A stretch of 64,000 nucleotides of DNA from positions 19,251 through 83,250 of the forward strand of contig JAQGDQ010000892.1 in NCBI GenBank assembly GCA_030141605.1, read 5' to 3'. The stretch comes from Tubiluchus corallicola (lineage: Eukaryota; Animalia; Priapulida). This document shows, in pieces, positions 52,245 through 64,000 of the stretch. The notes under the pieces were generated by a model, which did not search any database, was not told where the DNA came from, and was given only the letters and a program-made list of their open reading frames with translations. Position 1 is the first letter of the stretch, and every line of letters begins with the position of its first letter. Both the position numbers and the translations under genes were made by a program.

Positions 52245-52422
52245 ACTCTCTCTGTCTCTCTCTCTCTCTCTCTTGCTTTCTCTCTCTCTCTTTCTCTCTC
52301 TCTCTCTCCTCTTTCTCTTTCTCTCTCTCTTGCTTTCTCTTTCTCCCCCCTCTCTCTCTCTCTGTCTCTCTCTCTCTCTCTTGCTTTCTCTCTCTCTCTC
52401 TCTCTTTCTCTCTTTCTCTCTT

Positions 52423-52457
<35 letters not shown>

Positions 52458-52502
52458 CGTCTCTCTCTCTCTTTAATTGTGTTTTATTATTCGTAGGATG
52501 GA

Positions 52503-52580
<78 letters not shown>

Positions 52581-52690
52581 CTCTCTTTCTGTCTACCTTC
52601 ATGCTGCTTTCAATCTCATTCTCTTTCTTTCTCTTCTTTCACTCCTTTTCGCTTCTATTCCTTCCCCTCTTTCTCCCACTCTCTATTGTT
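52245..52690. repeat. (CT)n pyrimidine tract
   Basis: Direct reading. Confidence 0.95.
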
Positions 52691-52968
52691 GTCCTTTCAT
52701 CCTATACTAATGCGACAGCACACCATTAAGTTGATGTCATTACCTCATATTAACCTGTTACTGTCAGGCGACGTTAACTTTACAAACCATCATTGGTCAG
52801 TGTTAGAAATTGTTGTTGGCAGGAAAATTGGTTAAATCATGGCTTCGTGCGTAATACATGTCTAAAATAGATGCAGATCAGAATGGCTTCATTGAGCAGG
52901 AATTATAATGAATATTCTGATTCCCGACTTAGAAATTCCTCAAAGTCTAAAAACAGGACCAGTGAAGA

Positions 52969-53368
52969 AGCCTTTTCACAGTTTCGTTGTGCGCACGCGC
53001 AGCTGCTGTGGATAAAATGTTAAGCGTACCACAGCAACGTTTCTTAACTACAACCATCACTTGACGTACGGGTAAAACAAAACCGTCTGCCGTGTCAGTT
53101 CAGTAACTTCAATTGTTTTACCTGGACTTTACTTACTTACACATTAGTCTGGTAGTGGAGTGATTTACTAGCAGCATCTTGCTTGGGAGCAGGAAAAAAT
53201 GAACTAGCAAGGTTTAAGCTAGCTGTTAAAACTGTTACTACAGCAATTACAACACTAGTACAATAGCATGGGCTGTGAGCCGTTGTCAAGTGTACACAAA
53301 TGCGTTGTCTCATACACTTAACCTTTGACCTTTCCACGATCATCATCAATCGCTGGAAATGTGAAAGA
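52969..53368 (+). mobile_element. Family C MITE
   Basis: agccttttcacagtttcg ... ggaaatgtgaaaga. Confidence 0.8.
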
Positions 53369-53505
53369 TTTTTATGCAGCTCGCCTTGAAACATTTTGCT
53401 CTTGTAACGATGCCGCCACAGTGCTAACCGACCAATATTAAAATTTCAGCTTAACAAAGCTTCTCGTTGTCCAAGAAAAACTGTATAGACGTGTTCGTAG
53501 TCGAT

Positions 53506-54170
53506 ATCAGTGACGATGACAGTGACGATGACAGTGACGATGACAGTGACGATTTCAGTGACATCCTTCTAAGACTGCGATTGCGATACACGACTCTCTC
53601 CACCTATCAGAGCGGGCACCTTTATAGGGTGCAAAGTCTATTCTTCTATAACGCTGATCTTTTAGTTGTTTTTTCCAAGTTTTATGTCTTTATTTGTCTT
53701 TATCCTGTGTTCCATGCATTCGTTCACTAGATTTCTAATTTATAGCAATCCTTCCTTTTCACTGTTCCATCAATACATCTCAGTTCAATTTTTTTCCATT
53801 CTCCATATCTGTAACACCTAAGTATATGTTCAGTAGTATCATCATCTTCCCCGCACACTGGGCATAATAACTGATCCTTAAACTCATTCTTGTAGTTCCC
53901 TTTAACTTTAATCATATTCAGTCTTATTTACAGTATATCTTTAACCTCTTCTATAACACTCGGTATGCCTTAAAAATCTTAATTTAGTGCTGCTCCTGCA
54001 TTTTTCTGCACATTCATTCTTTATACAACATTCAATCTTATTCTTTATTTCTTTCTTCCATTCAGACTTTTTCATGACCTTCACCCTTTCTTTATTAGCA
54101 TCTATGGTATATATATTTTTTGCTCTGAGTGTGCAGAGATATTTCAGGCATGTGCAGAGAATGTACATAT
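53506..54170 (-). mobile_element. Non-LTR retrotransposon 3' fragment with CCHC knuckle and 12-bp tandem tail
   Basis: KKSEWKKEIK...TKLRFL then NMIKVKGNY...LCPVCGEDDDTTEHILRC; (cagtgacgatga)x4-5 at 53506-53562 downstream on this strand. Confidence 0.65.
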
Positions 54171-54799
54171 ATGATATATCCTCCTCTTGGTGAGGTGAGC
54201 ACTGAACAGCCAAAGTTTAGGGACGATGCCACCTTGAATGAGTATCAAATCCTCGACGAGTGGGCGTCTACCAACCCAGCCGTGGATCTTCAACTTCGCG
54301 GCTGTGGGTTCGATACTTACTTTGGGTCGTATGCTAATGGTTTTTTTAAATACTTTTATGAACGAAATTTTGCATTGCCCTCTCAGTTTTAAGCTATTTT
54401 TTTTAGAATATATGCATTTCTTAGTTCTCAGGTTTTCAGTTTAGCTGTTAGGAGGAGCGAGCTTAATGATGTGCAGTAAAGTAGTATAAACATTTGCCCT
54501 TGATCTATATATACTCTAGGTATTTTTTATAGATTATTCAATACTGCAGTATTAAAAAGTTATTGTCTAAACGAAATTTAGATACAAACCTTGATTTAGA
54601 AATAATATGTAAAAGACAGCGTTAGTGTACCACAGCAACGTGTCTTAACTACAACCATCACTTGACGTGTGGGTAAAACAAAACCGTCTGCTGCGTCAGT
54701 TCAGTAACTTCAGTTGTTTGTCGGCGCTGTCTTTTATATATTATTTCTAAACCAAGGTTTGTATCTAAATTTTTTTAGACAATAACTGATTCCTAGTGA

Positions 54800-55100
54800 G
54801 AAATCCAGTAAAACTACAATAATCCTGCATAATTCGATATCTTGACTACTCATTATAAAGACAAATTTCTCATTGTAATTTGGTGTGACAGAAAATACAG
54901 GAAGCAGATTTTCAATATTATTAAAAAGGGCCAGTCTGTCACCCCGATAACGTGTACATTTCATGATTAAATTCATTTCTTCTTCGATCATCTTCAAGTC
55001 ACAGTAATTATAAATTCGCTCACTCACTGGTATTTTATAATTTTTATGGTACCAGCCGGAGTCAAAACTACGGGCGCTTATTGTAAATTTAGTAGTTTAT
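54800..55100 (-). mobile_element. Non-LTR retrotransposon ORF2 C-terminal relic (RTE-X-like)
   Basis: SGWYHKNYKIPVSERIYNYCDLKMIEEEMNLIMKCTRY...LF..I...KFVFIMS resembles the decayed GRY..IP..ER.C..C...EDE.HF...C motif. Confidence 0.55.
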
Positions 55101-55122
55101 TATAGCCTGCCTTGTGACGTTA

Positions 55123-55648
55123 AAGGACAAGAAAGGGGGTGCGTGAAGTAAGTTTCAAAAAAATCGCCTTACAAAAATTACATTATTTTACAGCGATTTT
55201 ATGCACATATCGTACTCGCGTTAAAAAAACTTTTTGTTCGTTTTCATTTTAAATGCGCCATTACATGACGTCATACGCAAACGTAAATCAGGGAAGAAAA
55301 GGAAATGTTAAATTACGTGCCAAAAAAGTTTTCATGCAAACTTATATAACTTAACATTTCACTTACCTGCTTGAAAGATTTATGCAACTAGAAAGAAAAT
55401 TATTAATTATTTAAAAATGCTTTCACCAATTGGTAAAATGTCGCTAACTCACCCTCCAGGGTGCGCCACTCACGAACCTTCAAACGTGTTTTTAATCTTA
55501 TTGACAAGATACAGTAATTTAATATTTTACTCAGTTAGTGACGTGTGTGCTACGAATGCTCTGATTATTTTTCAAAGTTTACACAGTGTTATCTAAACTT
55601 GCTTCAAACGAAATTTTAAGCTTTGTCTAAGAAAAGTGTTTTTGTGCT
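55123..55648 (+). mobile_element. Family B Kolobok-like element
   Basis: ttaa|aggacaagaaa...; collinear with 7408-8075 with an internal deletion. Confidence 0.7.
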
Positions 55649-55759
55649 TTTAGTGATACATAAATAGTTTTCAAGTCGGTACGATGTTGTTCAGCTTGAC
55701 AGAAAGAAAAACACTTGGACTGATTAAAATTCATTCATACATTACCATTGCAAGTTTGT

Positions 55760-56494
55760 TGATAGGGAAACATTGATGAAAATCTATTACACTTTAGTCT
55801 ACCCATATCTAATATATGGCGTCATGTCTTGGGGTGGTGTATATAAAAGTAATCTGGAAGCTTTACAAATTACCCAGAACAAAATTCTCAAAGTAATATA
55901 TCATGTAAGGTATGACCATCGCACAATTATAATTTATTTGTCTGTTAAAACTCTTAAAGTGAAAGAAATATATGACATGTATTGTCTTCATTTCATGTAT
56001 CAGTATCATAATTCACTACTTCCACCAGCTTTTCAGTCATACTTTAGTCCAGTTTCAAATCAACATGATCATTACACAAGATATTCAGTCGAAAACTATG
56101 TACTCCCTCTTCCAAAAACAAATATAATGAAACAGTCATCTAAATATAATGCTATTAAAATATGGTCATCAATTCCGCGTGTAATGAAAACTCTTAATCT
56201 TTATCAATTTAAAAAAGCATCAAAGAATTACCAACTACAACAGTATAATTAACTCGCAATTTTACTCATCCTGATCTTAAGTTACTAACAAAACTTATTT
56301 TGTTCTAATGTACGTTATAACTGATGAAAATGTAATGTTAATTGTCAATTTTCTTATCTGGAGGAGGACTCGAAAGCTCAATGCTCCTTCCTCCTCACAG
56401 TAACTCGCATAGTTTATTTATTTTTTTCAATGTTATATAAATTTATATGTATGTTTGAGTTGGTGTGGAATAAATTCATAATTCATAATTCATT
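55760..56494 (+). mobile_element. 5'-truncated CR1/L2-group LINE (ORF2 C-terminus, 3'UTR, tail)
   Basis: IYYTLVYPYLIYGVMSWG...LQITQNKILK...LPPAFQSYF...HDHYTR...KIWSSIP...FKK; 3'UTR hairpin ggaggagga...tccttcctcc; aataaa plus (ttcataa)n tail. Confidence 0.85.
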
Positions 56495-56502
56495 GCTTAC
56501 AG

Positions 56503-56899
56503 GTACGTTGCCATTGTTCACCCTTTAGAAGCCAGGAGGATCAGCAGCAAGGCCAGAGCTCGGAGAATCCTTGCCTCCGTCTGGATCACCCCTGCTTTGG
56601 TAGCAGCGCCGTTCCTCTACCCTGCCAGAGTTGCTGAGGGGGTGTTCTACAGTGAGTTGGGTTCCATCACTCGTCGTTGGTGTGGAGACGGTCTGTCTCC
56701 TGACTTTAGGAAGGGATATTTTACTTTCTTATTCTTCTTGATCTACATCATACCGCTGTTGTTCATCGTTGTTACTTGTGCCAGCATTGCTGTCGTTCTG
56801 TTGAGGACAGATTCGTGTTCAGAGAGTTTAACAGCTGGTACAGTGAGACCGTCGCGCGGTGCAAATAGCAGCTCTAGACAAGAAGAAAGCAGAAAAAGG
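56503..56899 (+). CDS. Class A GPCR internal exon (end of TM3 to ICL3)
   Basis: Acceptor ttacag| splits the (D/E)RY Arg codon: (R)YVAIVHPLEARRISSKARARRILASVW..., ECL2 Cys (RRWC), TM5 FLIYIIPLLFI; donor AGG|gtaaga at 56900, phase 0. Confidence 0.92.
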
Positions 56900-56929
56900 G
56901 TAAGAAAATAACTTTTGGTTAAGATGAAC

Positions 56930-56965
<36 letters not shown>

Positions 56966-57525
56966 TTGATGGTGTTGATAATGCCAAAGGAAATGATAAT
57001 GACGGCAACGACGTCGACATTGATGAGCATGTTGATATTGTTGATGATAATGATGATGTTGATGATGATGATGATGATGGTGGTGACGGTAATTACGCTG
57101 GTAATGATGATGGTGTTGAAGGTAAAGATAGTGATGATGATAATGATGATGATGATGACGGTAATTACAATGACAATGATGATGGTGTTGAAGGTAATGA
57201 TGATGATGATGATGGTGGTAGTGGTGACGGTAATTACGATGACAATGATGATGGTGTTGAAGGTAATGATGATGATGATGGTGGTGACGGTAATTACGAT
57301 GACAATGATGATGATGATGTTGATGGTAATGATGATGATGATGATGGTGGCGGTAATTACGATGACAATGATGATGGTGTTGATGGTAATGATGATGATG
57401 ATGATGGTGACGGTAATTACGATGACAATGACGATGATGATGTTGATGGTAATGATGATGATGCAGATGGTGGCGGTAATTACGATGACAATGATGACGG
57501 CGATGACGATGGGGTTGAAGGTAAT
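56930..57525. repeat. (GAT)n-derived intronic repeat with ~55-60-bp higher-order units
   Basis: Recurring 'ggtgacggtaattacgatgacaatg' between (gat)n runs. Confidence 0.9.
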
Positions 57526-58367
57526 TGACTCTGTTTAATATTTGTCGAATTTGATTTAGGTGCTTAAATGTTTTAACAGTGGAGTTATGAGAATTTTAAC
57601 AGGGTGTCATTCAGACTGTAGCAGACACGCATCTTTCATGAGCTCATGATACCTACTGAAAGAGAATCTCAATTCATCAAACTCAATGTATCAATAGGGC
57701 AAGACCCCTACTATATATATCACCCAGCAACTAGTCCTGGATCATTCATTTACTGCCTGTAATGATGTGACAAATATAGGTCATTTCTTACGTCAAAATG
57801 GCCGAAATCCGAAAAAAATCAAAATGGCGGCCTATCTCCGAAACGGCTCATTTTTGATATCTAATATTTTGGCTGTGGGGTACATCTGAGGGGATCATCC
57901 AACCCTGTGAATATGAACAAAATCGGTGATTTGTCACCTTCCACTATTTTTTGACTTTTGCATGGTTTTCTCGTGGAATGACTCTTGATAATTAATTTTT
58001 GCCACTTGTTTGTACATTCATACTTATTTATTTATCTATTTCATTATTTATTTATATGATTATTTAAATGAATTTGTACATTTATTTTGCCTTAGTTAGT
58101 TGTTTTATTTTTCTACGTTTTTCCTCGTTCTTTCTTTTTCCTTTGTTCTTCTTCTATGTTCATTTCTTTTCTCCACACCCACCTATCTCGCGACACTCTT
58201 TTTCTTTCTGTCTCGTCTAACTTTTCTTTATTTTTTCTTTCTCTTTCTTTCTTCCTTTCCTTTCCTTCCAAAACAGATCTTTTTCATTTTTACTTTTTGT
58301 TTCTTTTCTTGCTTGCTTGTTTTGAATCACAGAAGTGCTTAAGAACAGTCGCTTGTTTTATAAAACG

Positions 58368-58836
<469 letters not shown>

Positions 58837-58938
58837 TACAAAATGATCTTGTTGGCCCTGCCGCTGTGCGTAAAAGCCCAGTTGCTTGTGTTATAAAACA
58901 TTAAAAATTCTTTGCTCGACATTTTTCTTTTCTTTCAG

Positions 58939-60015
58939 GTAGCGAAGATGGTTCTAGTTGTGTGTTTTGCTTTCATTATATCATGGACGCCATATTTCGT
59001 TGTCAGCATGATCACCATCTACCAAACGAGCGCATTCTTCGAATCAAGCAACTTTTTCTTCACCATGTTGTGTATAAATTTGGCAGGTTTTATAAACTCC
59101 TGCATTAATCCGTTCATCTATGCTGTCATGAGTGTTAAATTTCGTCAGTCTTTTTACCGAATTCTTACATGTGGTCGTGCAATGTCGACAGAAGGTCATC
59201 TAGGTCGTCGCTTCCGTGGTAGTTTCTCTGTCAGCGAGGATGGTCAGAACAGGAGCTTCCTTACGAACTCCACCGTGCGCACGAACGTCAGCTCGGTTCG
59301 CGTCAGAAATTTCAGTGTCATAGACCCCCATCAAAAATCCAGCAAGGATTCGCTAGACAAGATTTCAGGCAGGCAGTCAGACACGGAGGCTATGCAGCCT
59401 GTTTCCATTAAGAGATTTATGAGCAAAAAGTCGTCGTGCGTTAACGCTAAAATCGCCAAATCTAAAGGTGCCTCGTCTTGTGATTCAGGAATGATCAGGA
59501 AGCAAGATGGCAATCGTGAATCAAAAACTAGTTCAGTTGACGCCATAGCTGAAGAAGATGCCATTATCACTCAAACAGGAAAACAGGACGTACTGAACAC
59601 TCGACCAGGTGGTAGTCAGTATTGTGAGCATTGTAAAAACTCCAATTCGTCTAATGACTGCATCACATGCTCAAGAACGTTGTGGTCTGCGCAGAACATC
59701 TATGACGCAAACCTGACAACCATAGATGCGGACTTTTGTTCTGCGGGTAATAGTTATCAGATGACGGAAACATTTCCAATACGTTCATCAAGTTGGAGTG
59801 GACGTCATAGACCTTCAAACCAAAGATCAGTGATTTCTAGTGAACTAACAAACAATATCCCTGTAGCTAGCAAGTGTTTGACTATTAGAAATGATCATGT
59901 AGAGTCGTCAGATGGTGCTCTAGGAGGCGCTAGTGTTAGGAGAGAAATTGATTCCATTGTAGATAATGACCAAAACGAGATTACCGGAAATGGTTTTGCC
60001 ATTCATGTGAATTGA
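58939..60015 (+). CDS. Class A (peptide-receptor-like) GPCR terminal exon: TM6, TM7, helix 8, long C-tail
   Basis: Polypyrimidine tract plus ttcag| acceptor, phase 0 matching the previous donor (RKR|VAKMVLVV); FIISWTPYF (TM6), NSCINPFIY (NPxxY), SVKFRQSF (helix 8); stop TGA at 60013-60015. Confidence 0.93.
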   Translation, partial: VAKMVLVVCFAFIISWTPYFVVSMITIYQTSAFFESSNFFFTMLCINLAGFINSCINPFIYAVMSVKFRQSFYRILTCGRAMSTEGHLGRRFRGSFSVSEDGQNRSFLTNSTVRTNVSSVRVRNFSVIDPHQKSSKDSLDKISGRQSDTEAMQPVSIKRFMSKKSSCVNAKIAKSKGASSCDSGMIRKQDGNRESKTSSVDAIAEEDAIITQTGKQDVLNTRPGGSQYCEHCKNSNSSNDCITCSRTLWSAQNIYDANLTTIDADFCSAGNSYQMTETFPIRSSSWSGRHRPSNQRSVISSELTNNIPVASKCLTIRNDHVESSDGALGGASVRREIDSIVDNDQNEITGNGFAIHVN

Positions 60016-60384
60016 ACACGTTGAAATTACAAGAAGAAAAGAGTGTCCACAAGTTAGGCAATGCGTAGCATAATAACGCTGCATTATAAATGGATGGGTG
60101 ACTGCTGGGTCTAGCCTTCGTACTGGGTGGTTTCATTTCCCATGTTGACTTTGACTGATAGATGGGGGCACGTCCGGATTGACATACTGCCAGTCAGTTT
60201 CTTGCTGTGATAAAGAGTTGAGCTCCGGTATAGGGATTCAGATTCAGACTGTACAAAAACACAATTGTAAGAAACAGTCACTGTTTTAGTCCTTTCATGG
60301 GTGGAAGTTCTACTCTGAACGATATCATACAAGTGTAGGCCAACTAGGTTAATGAGAGTTTGTGAGATGTGGGTTCATCCAGAT

Positions 60385-61053
60385 TACTGATTGATTGATT
60401 GACTCACTGACTGACTGACTGAGTAATTGATTGTTTGACTAATTGACTGACTGAGTGAGTAATTGATTGTTTGATTGATTGCTTTATTGACTGACTGACA
60501 GACAGACAAACTGACAGACTGATTGATTGACTGACTGATTGACTGACTGACTGACTGACTGACTGACTGACTGACTGACTGACTGACTGACTGACTGAGT
60601 AATTGATTGTTTGATTAATTGACTGACTGAGTGAGTAATTGATTGTTTGATTGATTGCTTTATTGACTGACTGACAGACAGACAGACTGACAGACTGATT
60701 GACTGACTGACTGACTGACTGACTGACTGATTCACTGACTGACTGACTGACTGACTGACTGACTGACTGACTGACTGACTGACTGACTGACTGAGTAATT
60801 GATTGTTTGATTAAATGACTGACTGGGTGAGTAATTGATTGTTTGATTGATTGCTTTATTGACTGACTGACAGACAGACAGACTGACAGACTGATTGACT
60901 GACTGACTGACTGACTGACTGACTGATTCACTGACTGATTGATTGATTGACTGTTTGATTAGATTGGCTGAGTGACTGACTAACTGATTAATTGATTGAT
61001 TGATTGAGGCCATCTAGGTTAATGAGAGTTTGTGAGATGTGGGTTCATCCAGA

Positions 61054-61084
<31 letters not shown>

Positions 61085-61280
61085 CTGACTGACTGACTGA
61101 CTGACTGAGTAATTGATTGTTTGATTAATTGACTGACTGACTGAGTAACTGATTGTTTGATTGATTGATTGACTGACTGACTGACTGACTGAGTAATTGA
61201 TTGTTGATTGATTGACTGACTGACTGACTGAGTAACTGATTGTTTGATTGATTGATTGATTGACTGACTAAGTAATTGAC

Positions 61281-61316
<36 letters not shown>

Positions 61317-61365
61317 GATTGATTGATTGGCTGACAGACTGACTGAATGAATGACTGATTGATTG
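60385..61365. repeat. (GACT)n/(GATT)n tetranucleotide array with higher-order duplication
   Basis: Direct reading; recurring 'gagtaattgattgtttgatt' and 'gctttattgac' blocks. Confidence 0.95.
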
Positions 61366-61813
61366 AATACCTTTATTTAAGAACAAAGTTCATATTGCTA
61401 TATCACAATACAAAATCAAAATTAACAATCAAACAAATGAGGCCCCGATGTTGTATAACTCATCAGGCACTGAACATAATTATATGAACCTATGAAAACA
61501 TGAATGAAGATATTTATTTCGATCTTGATGAATCTCAAAGGTCCTGCCTGCAAAATGGCGTGCTAAATTCATGGCATTGAATTATGTTATCCTAAAGCCG
61601 CAAAATAAATTAAGTTTTGGTGTGTGGGGAAAGAAGGGAATGCCCACAAAAATGCTGCCCGTGATTTCTTTACGGGCTGATAATTTTTCGTAACATGTGC
61701 TGGAATGTGTCTGCTTATTATAGTCAAATTAGACAGATTCTAGTTTTGTATTACTGTTTCAAGTACATTTTAACCCAAACAGTTAAAACCTAATTTAGAA
61801 CTTATCTAAAATA

Positions 61814-62197
61814 AGCCTTTTCACAGTTTCGTTGTGCGCACGCGCAATTGCTGTAGGTCAAAGGTTAAGTATACCACAACAACGCAGCTTAACTACAACC
61901 CTCATGTGACGTGTGTGTAAAGCAAAGGTGTTTCCGCTTCAGTTCACTAGCGTCAAGTCATTTAACATAGATTTTTATACTTATGCATTAATCTGTGCTC
62001 CGTGTGATTTACTATCAGGAGCTTGCTTGGGAACAAGAAAAAATGAACTAGGTATGGTTCTAGCTAGCTGATAAAAATGTTACTATTACAACAGCATGGG
62101 CTGTGAGGCGTTGTCGAGTGTTCGGAAACGCGTTGTCTGGGACACTTAACCTTTGACCTTATCACGATCATCATCAATCATTGGAACTGTGAAAAGT
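61814..62197 (+). mobile_element. Family C MITE (near full length; Harbinger-like ends)
   Basis: agccttttcacagttt ... ggaactgtgaaaagtt; at least 9 full or partial copies in the window. Confidence 0.8.
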
Positions 62198-62744
62198 TTT
62201 TTCATTTATAAGGGTTTGTTTTACGAAGTCAGCATTTCCCCACAACCGTTGTTAAAAGCGACTGTTATAGATCATAATTTTATGTGTTTGTGCCAGAAAT
62301 ATAATAAAATTTTCTATCATAAATCAATCGTGCGACTTTAATTAATTAAACACACGTAGTAAGCCGTGCAATTGTTTGATTAACGTGTAAATGTCTGGGA
62401 TTCTGTAAATCACAGACTCACTCATTGTTCTAATTATATATTACAGTTTCTTCACAACGCCTGATAAATAAAATAAAAAGCGACCAATTTAGCAGGTGAA
62501 CGGTAAATCATGGTAATTAGCTCAGCAGCAATTAGCTAATGAGGTACAGTACAGTTTAATAATGTTGTACGATAAATTTATCTCTATAATTATTATATTA
62601 ATCATAGTTATTAGCACTGCACAGTATTACCGCCTAAAGCGGTACTTAATATGATATATAAGTACTGCTTTAAAATTACAGAATATAACTGTACAACGAG
62701 TTCAGCACTACTTTATAATGAGGTGCAGCATGACATAGTAAGTA

Positions 62745-64000
62745 GAGGCCTATAACTTCATAATGATAGCAGCACTACTAAATAACGTACAGCATGGCAC
62801 GAAACGTAGAGGTTTAAAATTTCATTATAGTAACTCTAGAAGAGGACACTTTATAATCACAGCAGAACTACTAAATAACGTACAGCATGGCATGAAACGT
62901 ATAGCCTTATAATTTCATTATAGTAACTCTAGAAGAGGACAACTTCATAATCACTGCAGAACTACTAAATAACGTACAGCATGGCATGAAACGTATAGCC
63001 TTATAATTTCATTATAGTAACTCTAGAAGAGGACAACTTCATAATAACTGCAGAACTACTAAATAACGTACAGTATGGCATGAAACGTATAGGTTTAAAA
63101 TTTCATTATAGTAAGTCTGGAAGAGGACACTTTATAATCACTGCAGGATTACTAAATAAAGTACAGCATGGCACGAAACGTAGAGGTTTAAAATTTCATT
63201 ATAGTAACTCTAGAAGAGGACACTTTATAATCACAGCAGAACTACTAAATACCGTACAGCATGGCATGAAACGTATAGGCTTATAATTTCATTATAGTAA
63301 CTCTAGAAGAGGACTACTTCATAATAACTGCAGCACTACTAAATAACGCACAGCATGGCATGAAACGTACAGGCTTATAATTTCATTATAGTAACTCTAG
63401 AAGAGGACAACTTCATAATCACAGCAGAACTACTAAATACCGTACAGTATGGCATGAAACGTATAGGTTTAAAATTTCATTATAGTAAGTCTGGAAGAGG
63501 ACACTTTATAATCACTGCAGGATTACTAAATAAAGTACAGCATGGCACGAAACGTACAGCCTTATAATTTCATTATAGTAACTCTAGAAGAGGACAACTT
63601 CATAATCACTGCAGAACTACTAAATACCGCACAGCATGGCATGAAACGTACAGCCTTATAATTTCATTATAGTAACTCTAGAAGAGGACAACTTCATAAT
63701 AACTGCAGCACTACTAAATAACGCACAGCATGGCATGAAACGTATAGGCTTATATTTTCATTATAGTAACTCTAGAAGAGGACAACTTTATAATCACTGC
63801 AGGATTACTAAATAACGTACAGTATGGCATGAAACGTATAGGCTTATAATTTCATTATAGTAAGTCTAGAAGAGGACAACTTCATAATCACTGCAGGATT
63901 ACTAAATAACGTACAGCATGGCATGAAACGTACAGCCTTATAATTTCATTATAGTAACTCTAGAAGAGGACAACTTCATAATCACTGCAGAACTACTAAA
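62745..64000. repeat. 93-94-bp satellite/minisatellite array, ~13 copies, runs off the window end
   Basis: 'ttcattatagtaa(c/g)tct(a/g)gaagaggac' at 62821, 62914, 63008, 63102, 63195... Confidence 0.97.

Noticed and set aside
54275-54335. B-box-like gggttcgatac suggesting a tRNA gene
   Set aside because: No cloverleaf can be folded; at most a decayed SINE head.
56915-57538. 207-aa Met-rich ORF in frame after the GPCR exon
   Set aside because: (GAT)n intronic repeat lying beyond the splice donor at 56900 and a stop at 56909-56911.
57597-57990. Possible TIR element (gtcattc / gaatgac ends)
   Set aside because: Inverted match too short and no TSD; not supportable.
58912-58938. ORF-track start MLDIFLFFQ for the GPCR
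   Set aside because: This is the intron polypyrimidine tract and acceptor; the exon starts at 58939.

Overview
AT-rich, microsatellite- and transposon-dense eukaryotic (animal, probably invertebrate) genomic DNA. Two real protein-coding systems are visible. (1) A head-to-tail cluster of three single-exon ORFs (17439-19526, 22000-24087, 30093-32168, + strand). Each encodes a ~690-aa type I membrane protein with a signal peptide, about five divergent cadherin-like repeats, one TM helix and a 22-aa tail. The paralogs are near-identical at the membrane end but differ strongly in the N-terminal repeat: copy 1 vs copy 2 show 20 replacement vs 2 silent codon changes in residues 23-160, and copy 3 has four in-frame indels there. 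This is the best candidate for an undescribed recognition-receptor family. (2) The last two coding exons (TM3-end to C-terminus) of a class A peptide-type GPCR (56503-56899, 58939-60015). I could not find its TM1-TM3 exon(s) in the window, so the cluster may be nested in a GPCR intron. The remainder is DNA-transposon derivatives (hAT, Tc1/mariner, piggyBac-like, Harbinger-like, Kolobok-like, P-like), non-LTR retrotransposon 3' fragments, a tRNA-type SINE, tandem repeats and microsatellites. Most ORFs in the supplied track are low-complexity artefacts. All family assignments come from motif recognition by eye; no database search was run.
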